Positions 59,641-64,000 of a stretch of 64,000 nucleotides of DNA are shown here, one piece after another. Both the position numbers and the translations under genes were made by a program. The notes beneath the pieces were generated by a model. It worked only from the letters and a program-made list of their open reading frames with translations. It did not search any database and was not told the DNA's origin. The stretch comes from Podarcis melisellensis. Lineage: Eukaryota. How positions within the stretch are numbered: position 1 is the stretch's first letter; each line of letters begins with the position of its first letter. The DNA lies in assembly GCA_964234715.1 (NCBI GenBank), contig OZ174276.1. The stretch is one strand, 5' to 3'.

Positions 59641-62600
59641 GTTTAGTATCAACTACATTTAGTACCTTATGGCCAATACTAAGCCTTTTCTTTTTCTTGT
59701 ATTTCCACATAAATCCTTAAAAAAAATACCTGGCTAATTAATATGCCTTTAAAATTTGCAAACACACATGGGAAGGCAGATTTGTCCCCACAGAATATTA
59801 TGCTGCGCAGAGTAGGCAACTAGGAGAATGAAAGGGAGAGAATTGCCACATGAGAATTTCAAAATCAGGGTCACTTTGGAGCCGCTGAGTCTGAAATAAG
59901 AGACATCACCCAACTTGGAAAGGAAGAAAACGAGCACATTTATTCCTCTACACTAAAAACTGGCAAGACACTGAGATGTACTTTCAGATAGCCTTGCTAC
60001 TGGGAAAGTGGCAATATTTTTTCCATTTACATTGCACACAGGAATGCATGCAGTGTTGTATATAATACGCTTTCCCTAGTCCTCTTTAAGCTTCTTCATA
60101 TATAATGTGCCCTTTATAGACACGTGTGATGGACAAGGGGAAAGAGACTCTGCAGAGTATACAGCTATTTATACTACGATATGAAAAAATATGCTGAAGA
60201 GAGCTTTCATGGATTCTCCCAGCCAGAGGCAGAGGCTTCAATGAAGCTTCCACCAGTGTCCAAAGAAACTGCTAAGCTATATTTAAGAACCTTTTGCTAC
60301 TGATCTTGAAATTTTAGTTGATGCAGGGTATATCTAGAAGACCTTAGCAATTACTGGCCAGTCTCCAAGTTTTCAATCCTGCCAAGTTTTCCATTCTTCA
60401 ACTTACGATTTAGCAGGAAGTTGTGGCTCAAACCTCCAGACCTTCCTCCATCTATTTTAATAAAGCTTCAGGCTAGTTTTGGGCCTGGTATTGGTATTTC
60501 TGGATTTTTCAGCAACTTTTTCAGATACTAATGCTCCATTTTTATTTCAGGATCTGGTCGGCAGGCACCTCGTTGTGGTTCTAAGTGGAGTCTTAAAACT
60601 ATTTTCAGTGGACAAAATTTAAAATGAAATCCAAAATGGGAAGAGAATGCAGCGTGTGCATTAGAAATGGTTTGGGCCAGTTTGTAGCAAGGAGTCCTCA
60701 TGAAACTATCGCTGCTCCTGGATGCCTGGTGTTATGGGGATGATATCAATTGTGTTTGACACACCAGATGCCAACATGGAGAGTGAATCCAAACAGGATG
60801 GCGGGACAAATTCAGTGGCTCTGGGAAGAGATTATGAATATGTTAACGTTAGCTATGTTTGCTGGCAGAAAATGCCCCTAAGTTCACTTTTATGATCCTC
60901 ATGAACCACTTTGATGCTGGCTGTGGGCCAGTAATAAGTTTTATTCAGGAACATCCAGTATCTAGTCAAGTCCCTTTCAGAAGAACAAGGTACTTTTTAC
61001 AGATATCCATGTCTTTATAGCTGGGGGAAAACTATTGCACTGTAGTTTACACGGGATTGCCCTTGAATTTTTTTTGTCTTCAAATTGTACCAAATGCTGT
61101 CCAATTCCTGGTAGTTGCAGGAAAATGCAATCATTAAACCGCAGCAGCAGCAGCGAACAGCTATCTATTAAGTTTCTATTCCTGCATCAAAGTACATTTT
61201 TTAACCTAGGAAGGGCTTCACAGCTTCTCAGCCCTGCACTGATTAGCGAATGTATGTTCCTCTGCCAGTACTTCACATACCCCATGTTAAAATAAGCTAG
61301 GAATGTAATGGATAGAGTCCCTCCTGTGAGAGTTTAAAATAGTTGCAGGACAGTGAAGACAATTCACTTTGGTGATAGCGTCAAGTTTACAGAAAACATT
61401 CCAAAGTGAAATCTGCCAACACGCCTCCCCCCAAACACACAGACACTAGGAAGAAATATGAGATACTACAGTGGTCTCTGTTGTTGCTATTATTCTAGGA
61501 CTGTTTTATTAGGTTTGGTCTACTGATGCTTAAGACTTAATTTCCTGTCACTATCATTTGGTTTAATTTTATTGATATTTTAATATGCTTTGTAAGACTG
61601 GATTGTAATGATAAGCAGCAAAGAACTTGATTTTTTTGGAGAACTTAATAATTTTAACAGCCTGAAATCCTTGAAGCCAAAAGCTAAAAATCAATTTTAT
61701 CTATTCCATGCCTGAAGAAAAGGTAACCTGCATGTTTGAATTAAGTCAGTCAACAAATGAAAACCATTATTTAAACCAGAATGTGTGTCAAAACAGATCT
61801 GTAAGATCTGTATGGCTGCAATTAGAACTATTTATTCACTTTACTATCATCCCACCAAAGCACACAGTTCAAGGCTATGGTTCTGCATTCCCCTTTTAGT
61901 AGAGACACATATTAACCTAATGCTATTTTTAATTCCCATTCATATGGAACTGGTTTTCAAGACAGGCATCTGAGGTTTTATAGCTTTCAGCGCACTAGTT
62001 TCTTTGTCCAATGTAAGGAATACCTGTGGATCAAATGGGAAAGGTTCTGTTTTTACAACCTTCCCCAAGCTCTTGTTTGAAGGGCTGGAGGAAAAGACTA
62101 AGATGAAGTGTTTCCTACATTTTTCTAGGTTAAATGCTCAAGATTGCAAGTCATGCAGGAAAGAAAAGCCACAAATATCCATTAACAGGCACCCATATCA
62201 GTTCAGTTAGGAGTGATTAAAAAGTTCAGAAGTAAAGCAATCTGTGAGGAAGTTAAAAGAGCAGATGGGGGGAAGTCAGAACAACACACAACCTAAAACT
62301 ACTAGTTATAAACAGCACTAAGTAAGGCAGCACACTCTATCTCTGAATCCATCCTGCTATAAAAATATTATTCCCAGCAAAGCAGGGAAAAGTACTAATA
62401 ACCCCTCAAAAGAGATGTAGCATTCCAGAACAAAATCTTCAGCCGCATTTCATTCAGCACCAAACGTAAACCGAGGGGGCGGGGGGAAGGTTGTGTAGTT
62501 TGGCTATGTTCCAGGTCATTTAAAAATAACTATTTCAAAAAAGGTGGAAATCTAGTTTTATTCTTCCTTTCCCATGTTTTCTATGGCCCTCAATCCATGC

Positions 62601-63531
62601 CCTACCCATGATGCCTGTGACCTTTAGAGCAGCTATTTTTTTTTTACTTCCAGATGTGAGGGGGGAAAGTGACTGGTTTGATTGCCAAGACTTCCTGTGA
62701 TTGATATAAATTTGATATCTGAGGACACTTTCAGACACCAGGAGGGAGGGCCTCTCTGGTTAGTTTATCCTGGGCCTCTTCCAAGGAATCTTGCTGGACT
62801 TCATAGACAGAATTCTTTGCAATGGGCTACACAATAGCTGGATTGACAAATGGACTGAGCACGTTATGCTTAAAGCCTGCTATAATCCAAGACACTGTCT
62901 GGCAGGGACCGGCCTGTTATTTTAAAACCTGAGCAATTAGAATATTTGTCACGAACCATTAAAAAAAAGGCCATGAATAAAACTAGATGAAACTCATTTC
63001 TAACCCCATTACTGCTTCGTCAAAATCAATGTGATATGTAGCTATAAAAGAAAGCAGAAGTTTAAACTAGTTTTAATCCTTATTTTCAGCTGCTTCTTTT
63101 GTGAGACCTACATGAAATGGGTTCTGTAAAACCAAGAGCAGCTGGCGAATTAGTTACCCAGAATTTGTATGCTACTCTTGAATCTCCTTTGCCTGCTTCT
63201 GTGTAATATATGAAAAAGCTGACAAGACCACAAAGATAATTTGTGCCAAGTTTATGAATAGAACTCTGGTAAACAAGAGTGCCCTGCTGTTTAGTTGAAA
63301 ACTTGCGAAGTAGAGTAGCTAATTTGGAGTAACCAACCTAATTTAAACACCAGTATTTAAAGTAAGAGTATTTTATTTATTTATTGGATTTATATCCCAG
63401 TCTTCCTCTCGAAGAAGCCCTAGGCAGCCCAGTATCCCAGAGTCACATATAGGTACATTTTCCATCAAAGCCACTTGATTCATGTGCTATGAATGTCTAG
63501 TTCTTGCCAGCTTGAGTGGCTATCTAATATT

Positions 63532-63927
63532 TCATAGAATCAGTGTTGGAAGGGACTCTGAGGGTCATCTCTTCCAACTCCCTGCAATGCAGGAATCTCA
63601 ACTAGATCATACATGACAGGTAGCCATCCAATGTCTGCATAGAAGCCTCCAAAGGAGGAGAGACCACCACCTCTCACGGGAGTCGGTCCCATTGTGGAAC
63701 AGCTCATATGGTCAAAGTTCTTTCTGATGCAACAGCTCTTTAGATATGTGAAGATGACTATCATATCCCCTCTCTTCTTCACAAGGCTAAAACATACCCA
63801 GCTGCCTCAACCATTCCTCATGAGGCTTGTTTTCCAGATCCTGGATCATCTTGGTCACCATACACTCTAGCTTGTCAATTTCCTTCTTAATTTGTAGCAC
63901 CTAGAACTGGACACAGTATTCCAGGTG
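63532..63927 (-). mobile_element. CR1 LINE 3' fragment (end of ORF2 and 3'UTR)
   Basis: tcatagaatca..gttggaagggac terminus. Minus-strand translation KRGDMIVIFTYLK resembles the CR1 ORF2 motif RLRGDMIxxFKYLKG. Confidence 0.85.
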
Positions 63928-64000
63928 TCTCTATTAAAGAAAAAAATGACTATTTCCCCCCTATAATTCTATGACTGTCTAGTTAAGTCTGAAAATCATT

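Noticed and set aside
1-64000. CRISPR arrays, operons or other prokaryotic systems
   Set aside because: The sequence is clearly vertebrate, with spliceosomal introns and no repeat-spacer arrays.

Overview
Vertebrate nuclear DNA, most likely from a squamate (probably lacertid) lizard, judged from a full-length Sauria SINE, tRNA-Lys/CR1-tailed SINEs, and Tc1/mariner and hAT MITEs. Two convergent conserved genes are present. LSM11 (U7 snRNP Sm-like protein, + strand) contributes its last three coding exons (2630-2769, 4049-4132, 5949-6332) and a probable ~5.5 kb 3'UTR. CLINT1/epsinR (- strand) contributes coding exons 2-12 between 58783 and 31466; exon 1 lies beyond the window. All exons have GT-AG boundaries and consistent phases. 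The rest is intronic or intergenic DNA with transposon relics and three N gaps. Nearly all other ORFs in the track are spurious. I found no novel multi-gene system. The best leads are a candidate extra or poison exon in CLINT1 intron 7, a solo LTR with a duplicated Oct/CCAAT module plus a CTCF-like motif, direct repeats flanking CLINT1 exon 9, and a recent in-exon duplication of an ELFGGSAQ motif. Exon numbering and family names come from recalled vertebrate orthologues and consensus sequences, not database searches.
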